A stretch of DNA of 64,000 bases from Escherichia coli (GTDB taxonomy: Bacteria > Pseudomonadota > Gammaproteobacteria > Enterobacterales > Enterobacteriaceae). Shown here in pieces: positions 13,882 through 23,802 of this stretch; positions within the stretch are counted from its first letter, which is position 1; each line of letters opens with the position of its first letter. A program made the translations under genes and the position numbers. Location: the NCBI RefSeq assembly GCF_046105845.1, contig NZ_CP151004.1; one strand, 5' to 3'. The notes under the pieces are model-generated. The model did no database searches. It was not told the origin of the DNA and saw only the letters and a list, made by a program, of their open reading frames with translations.

Positions 13882-15225
13882 ATGTTAAACAGTATTTTAG
13901 TCATACTCTGTTTGATCGCTGTAAGTGCGTTCTTCTCGATGTCCGAGATCTCGCTTGCCGCCTCACGCAAAATCAAACTTAAACTGCTGGCTGATGAAGG
14001 CAATATAAATGCCCAACGCGTTCTGAATATGCAGGAAAATCCCGGCATGTTCTTTACCGTGGTCCAAATCGGTCTGAACGCAGTGGCGATTCTCGGCGGT
14101 ATCGTCGGTGATGCGGCATTTTCTCCAGCTTTTCACAGCCTGTTCTCCCGCTATATGTCGGCAGAACTCTCTGAGCAACTGAGCTTTATTCTCTCTTTCT
14201 CGTTAGTGACTGGCATGTTTATCCTGTTTGCGGATTTAACCCCGAAACGCATCGGTATGATTGCGCCAGAAGCGGTGGCTTTGCGTATCATCAACCCGAT
14301 GCGCTTCTGCCTGTACGTTTGCACCCCGCTGGTGTGGTTCTTCAACGGACTGGCGAACATAATCTTCCGTATTTTCAAACTGCCAATGGTACGTAAAGAT
14401 GACATCACTTCTGATGACATCTACGCGGTAGTGGAAGCCGGTGCGCTGGCGGGCGTGTTACGTAAACAGGAACACGAGCTGATTGAAAACGTCTTTGAAC
14501 TAGAATCCCGTACCGTTCCGTCTTCAATGACACCGCGTGAAAACGTGATTTGGTTTGATCTCCACGAAGATGAGCAAAGTCTGAAGAATAAGGTGGCGGA
14601 ACATCCGCACTCTAAGTTCCTCGTCTGTAATGAAGATATTGACCACATCATCGGCTATGTCGATTCTAAAGACCTGCTGAACCGCGTGCTGGCTAACCAA
14701 AGCCTGGCACTGAACAGCGGCGTACAAATTCGCAACACGCTGATTGTGCCGGATACGTTAACCCTTTCAGAGGCGTTGGAAAGTTTTAAAACCGCAGGTG
14801 AAGACTTCGCGGTGATCATGAACGAGTACGCGCTGGTAGTGGGGATCATCACCCTCAACGACGTGATGACCACGCTGATGGGCGATCTGGTCGGTCAGGG
14901 GCTGGAAGAGCAGATTGTCGCCCGTGATGAGAACTCATGGCTGATTGACGGCGGCACTCCGATTGACGACGTCATGCGCGTGCTGGATATTGACGAGTTC
15001 CCGCAGTCGGGCAACTACGAAACCATCGGCGGCTTTATGATGTTTATGCTGCGTAAGATCCCGAAACGCACCGATTCGGTGAAATTCGCCGGCTACAAAT
15101 TTGAAGTGGTGGATATCGATAACTACCGCATCGACCAGCTGCTGGTGACCCGAATCGACAGCAAGGCCACCGCCCTTTCGCCAAAACTGCCTGACGCTAA
15201 AGATAAAGAAGAAAGCGTCGCGTAA
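13882..15225 (+). CDS. ytfL: CNNM/CorC-HlyC family membrane protein (DUF21-CBS-CorC); K-12 YtfL, also called PaeA
   Basis: 447-aa ORF recognised as YtfL. N-terminal TM domain followed by CBS-pair-type sequence. Confidence 0.9.
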   Translation: MLNSILVILCLIAVSAFFSMSEISLAASRKIKLKLLADEGNINAQRVLNMQENPGMFFTVVQIGLNAVAILGGIVGDAAFSPAFHSLFSRYMSAELSEQLSFILSFSLVTGMFILFADLTPKRIGMIAPEAVALRIINPMRFCLYVCTPLVWFFNGLANIIFRIFKLPMVRKDDITSDDIYAVVEAGALAGVLRKQEHELIENVFELESRTVPSSMTPRENVIWFDLHEDEQSLKNKVAEHPHSKFLVCNEDIDHIIGYVDSKDLLNRVLANQSLALNSGVQIRNTLIVPDTLTLSEALESFKTAGEDFAVIMNEYALVVGIITLNDVMTTLMGDLVGQGLEEQIVARDENSWLIDGGTPIDDVMRVLDIDEFPQSGNYETIGGFMMFMLRKIPKRTDSVKFAGYKFEVVDIDNYRIDQLLVTRIDSKATALSPKLPDAKDKEESVA

Positions 15226-15240
15226 CCCCCAGAAACATCA

Positions 15241-15263
15241 ACGGCTCCTGAATCAGGAGCCGT
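15241..15263. terminator. Shared hairpin terminator between convergent ytfL and ytfK
   Basis: ACGGCTCCT GAATC AGGAGCCGT, a 9-bp perfect stem. Modest T-tracts on both sides. Confidence 0.6.
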
Positions 15264-15286
15264 CTTATTACTGCATAGCACTTTGG

Positions 15287-15493
15287 TTAAGCCATCTCTG
15301 TTTGCAGACGCATAACCTGACGGTTAACTTCGGACATCACTGACAAATGCAGCTTATCCTTCACTTTTGGGATAAGAATCTTACCCTTATCAAATTCAAA
15401 AGCGCCAACGTCCTTGATGTATAACCGTCCACGGAACAGGATCTTTACGTACTTCGCCACCTGAAGTGGGTTGTACCGTTGGAAAATTTTCAT
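15287..15493 (-). CDS. ytfK: Small protein YtfK (DUF1107)
   Basis: Start set at [16 protein letters not shown] (68 aa) with GGAG upstream. Recognised as YtfK. Confidence 0.9.
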
Positions 15494-15817
15494 TGTTATC
15501 TCCTGCTGAGTATTACGCCTGTGCGGTGCCACAATCGGCCCAACTATTATGAGGCGCAAATTTTAATGCCTAGTGACTATAGACTATCCGGGCAATGTTT
15601 CCACCGCGTATAACTTTTTTTACCTAAAGGTTACAATTATTCAGAATTATCTTTTTACCGAAGCGCGGTCTTCAGTATAAGCATTCATTTTTCATATGAT
15701 TTGTGCGCTTGACCGCAAACTGGCATCACACTTGCGGGAAATTCGATAAATAGCACATATGATTAAAACTCAGACCCAAGTGGTCGGATCACCTGCATAT
15801 CATAAGAAGGAAACACC

Positions 15818-16372
15818 ATGACCCTACGCAAGATTCTGGCACTCACCTGCCTGCTGTTGCCGATGATGGCTTCCGCACATCAGTTCGAAACCGGTCAGCG
15901 AGTGCCGCCGATTGGCATTACCGATCGTGGCGAGTTGGTGCTTGATAAAGATCAGTTTAGCTACAAAACCTGGAACAGCGCGCAGTTAGTGGGAAAAGTG
16001 CGAGTACTGCAACATATTGCTGGTCGCACCTCTGCAAAAGAGAAAAACGCGACGCTGATTGAAGCGATTAAATCAGCAAAGTTACCGCACGATCGTTACC
16101 AGACCACCACCATTGTTAACACCGACGACGCGATTCCGGGTTCCGGCATGTTTGTGCGCAGCAGTCTGGAGAGTAATAAAAAGCTTTATCCCTGGTCGCA
16201 GTTTATTGTCGATAGCAATGGCGTCGCGCGCGGTGCCTGGCAGCTGGATGAAGAAAGTTCCGCTGTAGTGGTGCTGGATAAAGACGGTCGCGTGCAATGG
16301 GCCAAAGACGGGGCGCTCACACCGGAAGAGGTACAGCAAGTGATGGGCCTGCTGCAAAAGTTGCTCAAATAA
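15818..16372 (+). CDS. ytfJ: Periplasmic protein YtfJ
   Basis: 184-aa ORF with signal peptide MTLRKILALTCLLLPMMASA. Recognised as YtfJ. Confidence 0.9.
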   Translation: MTLRKILALTCLLLPMMASAHQFETGQRVPPIGITDRGELVLDKDQFSYKTWNSAQLVGKVRVLQHIAGRTSAKEKNATLIEAIKSAKLPHDRYQTTTIVNTDDAIPGSGMFVRSSLESNKKLYPWSQFIVDSNGVARGAWQLDEESSAVVVLDKDGRVQWAKDGALTPEEVQQVMGLLQKLLK

Positions 16373-16403
16373 TGGCAATAACATAAATTCTGCAAAAATA
16401 ATT

Positions 16404-16434
16404 TTCCCCTATCGTTATCTATGGGATAGGGGAA
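16404..16434. terminator. Hairpin between convergent ytfJ and ytfI
   Basis: TTCCCCTATC (16404-16413) pairs with GATAGGGGAA (16425-16434); 10-bp perfect stem. Confidence 0.6.
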
Positions 16435-16461
16435 TTAAGCCTCTGAGTTCTTACGCCGAAC

Positions 16462-17373
16462 TCATACTGGTAACGCTAGTTGCTTTTTTTTAAACGCCTC
16501 AATGGTCGATTTATATTTCTCGCAAATCTTTTCTTCGGTAATATCACTATCTGCGGCCAGATTCGCACTTACTATCGCATCCACTTGTTCGGCTAATTCG
16601 ACTTGTTGGCAACCTGCATTAACCAGAAAATTATAAATAAGAGAGTAATCTTCATCCTCCAAAACAACAGAGGAACCATTACGAAAACGTTCATCCCCTC
16701 CATAGATTTTAAGCGCAAAGCCCAAAGATTCTATGACTATGGCAAAATTATCATCAATTATTTTTTCGTAAATATACCATCCATCGCATTCTTTAATTCC
16801 ACCTCCTGGAATTTGGAGGTCAAATTTACCCCGTTTTAATTTACTTACTATATCATCCAATACAGCATAACCTAAAGACACGTCACCAAACGCCTGGCGA
16901 ATATAACCTTTAATCCTTTCCGGTATGTCAGACTGTTTTTTCTGCAAAATATCCCAGGCATACAATCTTCTGTTTTGTTCTAACGGAAACTCGCGGTTTT
17001 TGAAATCCATGAATGAGTTATACTCATTTATTGTTATGGGAATTTCTTCGTATTCAAATCCACTGCCTCGCAATGTCATTATATATTCGGCACCGTTATC
17101 TTTAAGGCTGAAACTGATAAGAAACTTATCCATGGTGTTAACAGTTTCATTTTTTGATGAAAGTACCTGATAACTATTTTTATCAATCTGAGTTGCGCAA
17201 CGAAAGAACTCCCGCAAAGTTAACAGGCTATCATAATTTGAAATCCAATCTTTTTTATTAAATGCATGCTGGATATTGTTAAAAAAATTGTTTGAATGTG
17301 TTTTTGTATGCGATGATTTTATAAATAACTCCACCGCACCAATAAAATTATTGTGTCTGATCCTGGGTAACAT
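16462..17373 (-). CDS. ytfI: Uncharacterised protein YtfI (AT-rich orphan gene)
   Basis: 303-aa ORF recognised by position and sequence as YtfI. Visibly AT-rich relative to neighbours (by eye, not computed). Confidence 0.8.
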   Translation of the reverse strand: MLPRIRHNNFIGAVELFIKSSHTKTHSNNFFNNIQHAFNKKDWISNYDSLLTLREFFRCATQIDKNSYQVLSSKNETVNTMDKFLISFSLKDNGAEYIMTLRGSGFEYEEIPITINEYNSFMDFKNREFPLEQNRRLYAWDILQKKQSDIPERIKGYIRQAFGDVSLGYAVLDDIVSKLKRGKFDLQIPGGGIKECDGWYIYEKIIDDNFAIVIESLGFALKIYGGDERFRNGSSVVLEDEDYSLIYNFLVNAGCQQVELAEQVDAIVSANLAADSDITEEKICEKYKSTIEAFKKKQLALPV

Positions 17374-17543
17374 ATGGCTACCTTATTTTATTTGGTTATT
17401 TTATGTCGCCATTAAATATCTCATTATAGAAGTAAACTATCAAAAAACGCTCATTATTAAAATGTAACTTATTAGCAATTGAATTTTTGCACTTTAAATA
17501 CAATCTCTTTTTATTTATAACTTTTTAGGTTGGGAGAAATCAG

Positions 17544-17579
17544 GATGGCAGAATCAGGAAATACACTGTTTCTGCCATC
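17544..17579 (-). terminator. Hairpin downstream of cysQ
   Basis: GATGGCAGAA (17544-17553) pairs with TTCTGCCATC (17570-17579); 10-bp perfect stem starting 6 nt after the cysQ stop. The T-tract is weak. Confidence 0.5.
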
Positions 17580-17584
17580 TGAAT

Positions 17585-18325
17585 TTAGTAAATAGACACT
17601 CTGAATCCCGGATTCAGGAACGACTCGCGCGGAGTGTAATCCAGCGGTTTACCCTGCCAGTCGTGAACGTGCGCTCCGGCAGCTGCGGCCACAGCATGTC
17701 CAGCGGCGGTGTCCCAAATATTCGTTGGTCCGAAGCGCGGGTACAGCTGCGCCTGTCCTTCCGCCACCAGGCAGAATTTCAGCGAAGAGCCGATGGACGT
17801 GGTCTGATGTTCGCCAAGCTGTTGCAGATACTCTTTCAGCTCCGCATCTGCATGGGAACGGCTGATAACCACCAGCGGCGGGCGCGCATCGCGGACCTGA
17901 ATCTGCTTGCGCACACCGCACTCTTCTTTCCAGGCTTTGCCTTCTGCCGCGCTGTACATTACGTTCATTACCGGCGCATACACCACACCTAAAATCGGTT
18001 TTCCATGGTCAATGAGCGCAATGTTAACGGTGAATTCGCCATTACGTTTAATAAACTCTTTAGTACCATCCAGTGGGTCTACCAGCCAGTAACGCTGCCA
18101 GTGCTGACGGACTTCCCAACCGGGAGGATCTTCTTCAGAAAGGACCGGAATATCCGGTGTCAGCGTACGTAAACCGTCCATAATAACGGTGTGAGCGGCA
18201 ATATCCGCTGCCGTTACCGGAGAATTGTCCGCTTTGCTGACGACGTCCATCGGTTTCGTCCCGTCGTAGACCTGCATAATGGCATCGCCTGCATTCCGTG
18301 CAAGCTGGCATACTTGATCTAACAT
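17585..18325 (-). CDS. cysQ: 3'(2'),5'-bisphosphate nucleotidase
   Basis: 246-aa ORF with inositol-monophosphatase-family motifs ([15 protein letters not shown]). Recognised as CysQ. Confidence 0.95.
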   Translation of the reverse strand: MLDQVCQLARNAGDAIMQVYDGTKPMDVVSKADNSPVTAADIAAHTVIMDGLRTLTPDIPVLSEEDPPGWEVRQHWQRYWLVDPLDGTKEFIKRNGEFTVNIALIDHGKPILGVVYAPVMNVMYSAAEGKAWKEECGVRKQIQVRDARPPLVVISRSHADAELKEYLQQLGEHQTTSIGSSLKFCLVAEGQAQLYPRFGPTNIWDTAAGHAVAAAAGAHVHDWQGKPLDYTPRESFLNPGFRVSIY

Positions 18326-18514
18326 TTCTCCACCTCGTCTCTGTGAGCGGTGTTAACTTATTGTTTTACTTATACCCTATCGTTAATGAATGCGCCAACT
18401 GTGATAGTGTCATCATTTTCAAAGCGTAAAATTGTGGCATTCTTCACTGTTCTATAAGTAAGACGTTTATTCTCCCTTTTCTTTCGTATTCCCGATGATA
18501 AAAGGATGTCCCTG

Positions 18515-20458
18515 ATGATTAAGTTTAGCGCAACGCTCCTGGCCACGCTGATTGCCGCCAGTGTGAATGCAGCGACGGTCGATCTGCGTATCATGGAAAC
18601 CACTGATCTGCATAGCAACATGATGGATTTCGATTATTACAAAGACACCGCCACGGAAAAATTCGGACTGGTACGTACCGCAAGCCTGATTAACGATGCC
18701 CGCAATGAAGTGAAAAACAGCGTACTGGTCGATAACGGCGATTTGATTCAGGGGAGTCCGCTGGCCGATTACATGTCGGCGAAAGGTTTAAAAGCAGGTG
18801 ATATTCACCCGGTCTATAAGGCATTAAATACGCTGGACTATACCGTCGGCACGCTTGGCAACCACGAGTTTAACTACGGTCTGGATTACCTGAAAAATGC
18901 GCTGGCGGGAGCGAAATTCCCTTATGTAAATGCCAACGTCATTGACGCCAGAACCAAACAGCCAATGTTTACACCGTATTTAATTAAAGACACCGAAGTG
19001 GTCGATAAAGACGGAAAAAAACAGACGCTGAAGATTGGCTATATTGGCGTCGTGCCGCCGCAAATCATGGGCTGGGATAAAGCTAATTTATCCGGGAAAG
19101 TGACGGTGAATGATATTACCGAAACCGTGCGCAAATACGTGCCTGAAATGCGCGAGAAAGGTGCCGATGTTGTTGTCGTTCTGGCGCATTCCGGGCTGTC
19201 TGCCGATCCGTATAAAGTGATGGCGGAAAACTCAGTTTATTACCTCAGTGAAATTCCGGGTGTTAACGCCATTATGTTTGGTCATGCTCACGCCGTTTTC
19301 CCGGGTAAAGATTTTGCTGATATCGAAGGGGCTGATATCGCCAAAGGCACGCTGAATGGTGTTCCGGCGGTAATGCCGGGCATGTGGGGCGATCATCTTG
19401 GTGTGGTCGACTTACAACTCAGTAATGACAGCGGTAAATGGCAGGTGACGCAGGCGAAAGCGGAAGCAAGACCGATTTACGACATCGCTAATAAAAAATC
19501 CCTCGCGGCGGAAGACAGCAAGCTGGTAGAAACACTCAAAGCCGATCACGATGCCACACGCCAGTTCGTCAGCAAGCCAATCGGTAAATCCGCCGACAAT
19601 ATGTATAGCTATCTGGCGCTAGTGCAAGACGATCCGACCGTGCAGGTGGTGAACAACGCGCAAAAAGCGTATGTCGAGCATTACATTCAGGGCGATCCGG
19701 ATCTGGCAAAACTGCCGGTGCTTTCAGCTGCCGCACCGTTTAAAGTTGGTGGTCGCAAAAATGACCCGGCAAGCTATGTGGAGGTGGAAAAAGGCCAGTT
19801 GACCTTCCGTAATGCCGCCGATCTTTATCTCTACCCCAATACGCTGATTGTGGTGAAAGCCAGCGGTAAAGAGGTGAAAGAGTGGCTGGAGTGCTCTGCC
19901 GGACAGTTTAACCAGATTGATCCTAACAGCACGAAACCACAGTCACTCATTAACTGGGATGGTTTCCGCACTTATAACTTTGATGTGATTGATGGTGTGA
20001 ATTATCAGATTGATGTTACCCAGCCCGCCCGTTATGACGGCGAGTGCCAGATGATTAATGCCAATGCGGAAAGGATTAAGAACCTGACCTTTAACGGCAA
20101 GCCGATTGATCCGAACGCCATGTTCCTCGTTGCCACCAATAACTATCGCGCTTACGGCGGCAAATTTGCCGGTACGGGCGACAGCCATATCGCTTTTGCT
20201 TCACCGGATGAGAACCGCTCGGTGCTGGCAGCGTGGATTGCTGATGAGTCGAAACGTGCGGGGGAAATTCACCCGGCGGCAGATAACAACTGGCGTTTAG
20301 CACCGATTGCTGGCGATAAGAAACTGGATATCCGTTTCGAAACCTCTCCGTCAGATAAAGCCGCAGCGTTTATTAAAGAGAAAGGGCAATACCCGATGAA
20401 TAAAGTCGCGACCGATGATATCGGGTTTGCGATTTATCAGGTGGATTTGAGTAAGTAA
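18515..20458 (+). CDS. cpdB: 2',3'-cyclic-nucleotide 2'-phosphodiesterase / 3'-nucleotidase
   Basis: Start set at [19 protein letters not shown] (647 aa). Metallophosphoesterase motifs (DLH, GNHEF). Recognised as CpdB. Confidence 0.95.
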
Positions 20459-20491
20459 TACACTTCTTTTTCGGCCTATAAATCATCAACC

Positions 20492-20584
20492 GCATCCGGC
20501 ACTTTTGTCGGATGCGATGCTGGCGCATCTTATCCGTTCTACAAGCCATGCACCGTTGGCCGGATAAGCGCAGCGCATCCGGCA
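20492..20584. repeat. REP cluster between cpdB and ytfH
   Basis: GCATCCGGCACTTTTGTCGGATGC, CGGATGCGATGCTGGCGCATCTTATCCG and GGCCGGATAAGCGCAGCGCATCCGGCA are REP-type palindromic units. Confidence 0.7.
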
Positions 20585-20585
20585 G

Positions 20586-20966
20586 TTATGCCGCACGTTC
20601 ATCCCGCACCGCTAACACCTCGGGCAAATTCAGCTCAATCCAGTCCGCCAGTGCAGCAACCTTTTCGCTCACCTGCTCGCCCAGCGGCGTGAGGCTATAT
20701 TCCACATGCGGCGGCACCACCGGATACGCGATACGGTTAAGAAAACCATCCTGCTCTAGCGCCTGTAACGACTGCGCAAGCATCTTTTCACTTACCCCGC
20801 CGATTTTGCGCCGCAGGTCGCTAAAGCGATGAGTACCTTCGCGTAGCGCCACCAGAATCAACACCCCCCAACGGCTGGTGACGTGTTTCAAAACCTCGCG
20901 CGACGGACACTGTTCAGCGAAGAGATTTCCCTCTTTCAGTTGTTGCGACAGGCTAACCTGACTCAT
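20586..20966 (-). CDS. ytfH: HxlR-family transcriptional regulator
   Basis: Start set at MSQVSLSQQLKEGN (126 aa). Winged-helix HxlR-type sequence. Recognised as YtfH. Confidence 0.88.
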   Translation of the reverse strand: MSQVSLSQQLKEGNLFAEQCPSREVLKHVTSRWGVLILVALREGTHRFSDLRRKIGGVSEKMLAQSLQALEQDGFLNRIAYPVVPPHVEYSLTPLGEQVSEKVAALADWIELNLPEVLAVRDERAA

Positions 20967-20970
20967 CTCA

Positions 20971-21006
20971 TACTTACCTTTTTGTACGTACTTACTAAAA
21001 GTAAGT
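20971..21006. promoter_or_regulatory. Repeat cluster in the ytfH/ytfG divergent promoter region (candidate YtfH operator)
   Basis: TACTTAC occurs at 20971-20977 and 20989-20995. Inverted repeat ACTTAC TAAAA GTAAGT at 20990-21006. GTACGTAC palindrome at 20984-20991. Confidence 0.4.
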
Positions 21007-21054
21007 TTAGGTGTTAGCGTATTTAAACACAAGACAAAACGATGGAGACTTCCT

Positions 21055-21915
21055 ATGATCGCAATTACTGGTGCCACTGGCCAACTTGGTCACTATGTTA
21101 TTGAATCCTTGATGAAAACGGTTCCTGCCAGCCAAATAGTGGCTATCGTTCGTAATCCGGCAAAAGCCCAGGCCCTGGCAGCACAAGGCATTACCGTGCG
21201 TCAGGCTGACTACGGCGATGAAGCCGCACTGACATCTGCACTACAGGGAGTGGAAAAACTACTGCTGATCTCTTCCAGCGAAGTGGGTCAACGTGCCCCG
21301 CAGCATCGTAATGTTATTAATGCCGCAAAGGCGGCTGGCGTGAAATTTATCGCTTATACCAGCCTGCTACATGCAGATACCTCCCCGCTCGGCCTCGCCG
21401 ATGAGCACATCGAGACGGAGAAAATGCTGGCTGATTCTGGCATCGTTTACACCCTGCTGCGCAACGGCTGGTACAGCGAAAACTACCTCGCCAGCGCCCC
21501 GGCAGCACTGGAACACGGCGTATTTATCGGTGCCGCGGGCGATGGCAAAATTGCCTCGGCAACGCGGGCAGATTATGCGGCAGCTGCGGCGCTCGTGATT
21601 AGCGAAGCCGGTCACGAAGGCAAGGTTTACGAGCTGGCGGGCGATAGTGCCTGGACGCTGACACAGTTAGTGGCAGAGCTGACCAAACAGAGCGGAAAAT
21701 CGGTTACCTATCAAAATCTGAGCGAAACCGATTTCGCTGCGGCGCTGAAAAGCGTTGGCCTGCCTGACGGACTGGCGGATATGCTGGCGGATTCTGACGT
21801 TGGCGCATCGAAAGGCGGTCTGTTTGATGACAGCAAAACGCTGAGCAAATTGATTGGCCGCCCAACGACAACGTTAGCCGAAAGCGTAAGCCATCTTTTT
21901 AATGTTAATAACTAG
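21055..21915 (+). CDS. qorB: NAD(P)H:quinone oxidoreductase, NmrA-like SDR (YtfG/QorB)
   Basis: 286-aa ORF with N-terminal Rossmann motif ITGATGQLG. Recognised as YtfG. Confidence 0.9.
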   Translation: MIAITGATGQLGHYVIESLMKTVPASQIVAIVRNPAKAQALAAQGITVRQADYGDEAALTSALQGVEKLLLISSSEVGQRAPQHRNVINAAKAAGVKFIAYTSLLHADTSPLGLADEHIETEKMLADSGIVYTLLRNGWYSENYLASAPAALEHGVFIGAAGDGKIASATRADYAAAAALVISEAGHEGKVYELAGDSAWTLTQLVAELTKQSGKSVTYQNLSETDFAAALKSVGLPDGLADMLADSDVGASKGGLFDDSKTLSKLIGRPTTTLAESVSHLFNVNN

Positions 21916-22022
21916 TTAATTAAAGTGGCATCCTCCCGTATCCTCTCTGATAATGACGGGATGCGGGGAGCAATCATGTCTGCTTCCTGAACTTTCTTCT
22001 GACAGACCAATGGATGCCAGTA

Positions 22023-22988
22023 ATGATTAGCGGCGTGCTGTACGCCCTGTTAGCAGGGTTGATGTGGGGGCTTATTTTTGTCGGGCCGTTGATCGTGCCG
22101 GAATACCCGGCGATGTTGCAGTCGATGGGGCGTTATCTGGCGTTAGGGTTAATTGCGCTGCCCATTGCCTGGCTGGGACGCGTGCGTCTGCGTCAGTTGG
22201 CGCGTCGCGACTGGCTTACCGCCTTGATGCTCACCATGATGGGCAACCTCATCTATTACTTCTGCCTTGCCAGTGCCATTCAACGTACTGGCGCGCCTGT
22301 TTCCACGATGATTATTGGCACCCTGCCGGTGGTGATTCCCGTTTTTGCCAATCTGCTTTATAGCCAGCGCGACGGCAAACTCGCGTGGGGAAAACTCGCC
22401 CCGGCACTGATTTGTATTGGCATCGGCCTGGCGAGTGTGAATATTGCTGAGTTAAACCACGGACTCCCCGATTTTGACTGGGCACGTTATACCTCTGGCA
22501 TCGTGCTGGCGTTAGTTTCCGTGGTCTGCTGGGCATGGTATGCCCTGCGCAACGCCCGCTGGCTGCGGGAAAATCCCGACAAACATCCGATGATGTGGGC
22601 GACGGCGCAGGCGCTGGTCACGCTGCCGGTTTCGCTTATCGGCTATCTCGTCGCTTGTTACTGGCTGAATACGCAAACGCCGGACTTCTCCCTACCTTTT
22701 GGCCCCCGTCCGCTTGTATTTGTTAGCCTGATGATTGCGATAGCTGTGCTTTGCTCATGGGTCGGCGCACTTTGCTGGAACGTCGCCAGCCAGCGATTAC
22801 CAACGGTGATTCTCGGGCCACTGATTGTCTTCGAAACGCTGGCAGGTTTGCTGTACACCTTTTTGTTACGCCAGCAAATGCCGCCACTAATGACGCTGAG
22901 CGGTATCGCACTGTTAGTGGTTGGCGTGGTCATTGCGGTCAGAGCAAAACCAGAAAAACCTTTAACTGAATCTGTTTCAGAAAGTTGA
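22023..22988 (+). CDS. ytfF: DMT/EamA-family inner-membrane transporter
   Basis: Start set at MISGVLYALLAG (321 aa); the alternative ATG at 22014 gives 324 aa. Polytopic membrane protein recognised as YtfF. Confidence 0.87.
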   Translation: MISGVLYALLAGLMWGLIFVGPLIVPEYPAMLQSMGRYLALGLIALPIAWLGRVRLRQLARRDWLTALMLTMMGNLIYYFCLASAIQRTGAPVSTMIIGTLPVVIPVFANLLYSQRDGKLAWGKLAPALICIGIGLASVNIAELNHGLPDFDWARYTSGIVLALVSVVCWAWYALRNARWLRENPDKHPMMWATAQALVTLPVSLIGYLVACYWLNTQTPDFSLPFGPRPLVFVSLMIAIAVLCSWVGALCWNVASQRLPTVILGPLIVFETLAGLLYTFLLRQQMPPLMTLSGIALLVVGVVIAVRAKPEKPLTESVSES

Positions 22989-23046
22989 CACGCTGGCAGT
23001 GAGTTAAATAAGCCTCTGCTACGTAAGGGTTATAGCTTTTGCCTTA

Positions 23047-23069
23047 AAGGTGCATTTAAAATGAATCTT
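23047..23069. promoter_or_regulatory. NsrR operator of the ytfE promoter
   Basis: AAGGTGCATTT A AAATGAATCTT is an 11-1-11 inverted repeat matching the NsrR consensus (AAnATGCATTT-n-AAATGCATnTT). It lies 27 bp upstream of the ytfE ATG. Confidence 0.8.
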
Positions 23070-23095
23070 ATCTTATTAAGAATGAGGTATCAGCT

Positions 23096-23758
23096 ATGGC
23101 TTATCGCGACCAACCTTTAGGTGAACTGGCGCTCTCTATTCCTCGCGCTTCGGCTCTGTTTCGTAAATATGATATGGATTACTGCTGCGGCGGTAAGCAA
23201 ACGCTGGCGCGTGCGGCGGCACGTAAAGAACTGGATGTTGAGGTCATTGAAGCTGAGCTGGCAAAGCTTGCTGAACAACCGATTGAGAAAGACTGGCGTA
23301 GCGCCCCGCTGGCAGAAATCATCGACCATATCATCGTGCGCTACCACGATCGTCACCGCGAGCAACTGCCGGAGCTGATCCTGCAAGCGACTAAAGTCGA
23401 ACGCGTTCACGCCGACAAACCGAGCGTTCCAAAAGGGCTGACAAAATACCTGACTATGCTGCATGAAGAGCTTTCCAGCCACATGATGAAAGAAGAGCAG
23501 ATCCTCTTCCCGATGATCAAACAAGGCATGGGCAGCCAGGCAATGGGGCCAATCAGCGTAATGGAAAGCGAGCACGATGAAGCGGGTGAACTGCTGGAAG
23601 TAATCAAACACACTACCAATAACGTCACACCGCCGCCGGAAGCCTGCACCACCTGGAAAGCGATGTATAACGGCATTAATGAACTGATTGATGACCTGAT
23701 GGAGCACATCAGTCTGGAAAACAATGTGCTGTTTCCGCGCGCACTGGCGGGTGAGTGA
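23096..23758 (+). CDS. ytfE: Iron-sulfur cluster repair di-iron protein (RIC)
   Basis: 220-aa ORF with ScdA_N and hemerythrin-like sequence. Recognised as YtfE. Confidence 0.95.
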   Translation: MAYRDQPLGELALSIPRASALFRKYDMDYCCGGKQTLARAAARKELDVEVIEAELAKLAEQPIEKDWRSAPLAEIIDHIIVRYHDRHREQLPELILQATKVERVHADKPSVPKGLTKYLTMLHEELSSHMMKEEQILFPMIKQGMGSQAMGPISVMESEHDEAGELLEVIKHTTNNVTPPPEACTTWKAMYNGINELIDDLMEHISLENNVLFPRALAGE

Positions 23759-23765
23759 TCTAAAA

Positions 23766-23790
23766 GCTGGATGGCATTGCGCCATCCAGC
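23766..23790. terminator. Shared terminator hairpin between convergent ytfE and cycA
   Basis: GCTGGATGGC ATTGC GCCATCCAGC, a 10-bp perfect stem. The minus strand is followed by TTTTA. Confidence 0.75.
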
Positions 23791-23802
23791 ATGATAATGC
23801 GG

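Noticed and set aside
15630-15644. Possible Pho box upstream of ytfK (CTGAATAATTGTAAC on the coding strand)
   Set aside because: It matches the CTGTCAT-N4-CTGTCAT consensus at only about half the positions, which is too weak to report as a site from sequence alone.
23117-23785. 222-aa ORF on the - strand
   Set aside because: Antisense shadow of ytfE. No recognisable motifs and no ribosome-binding site.
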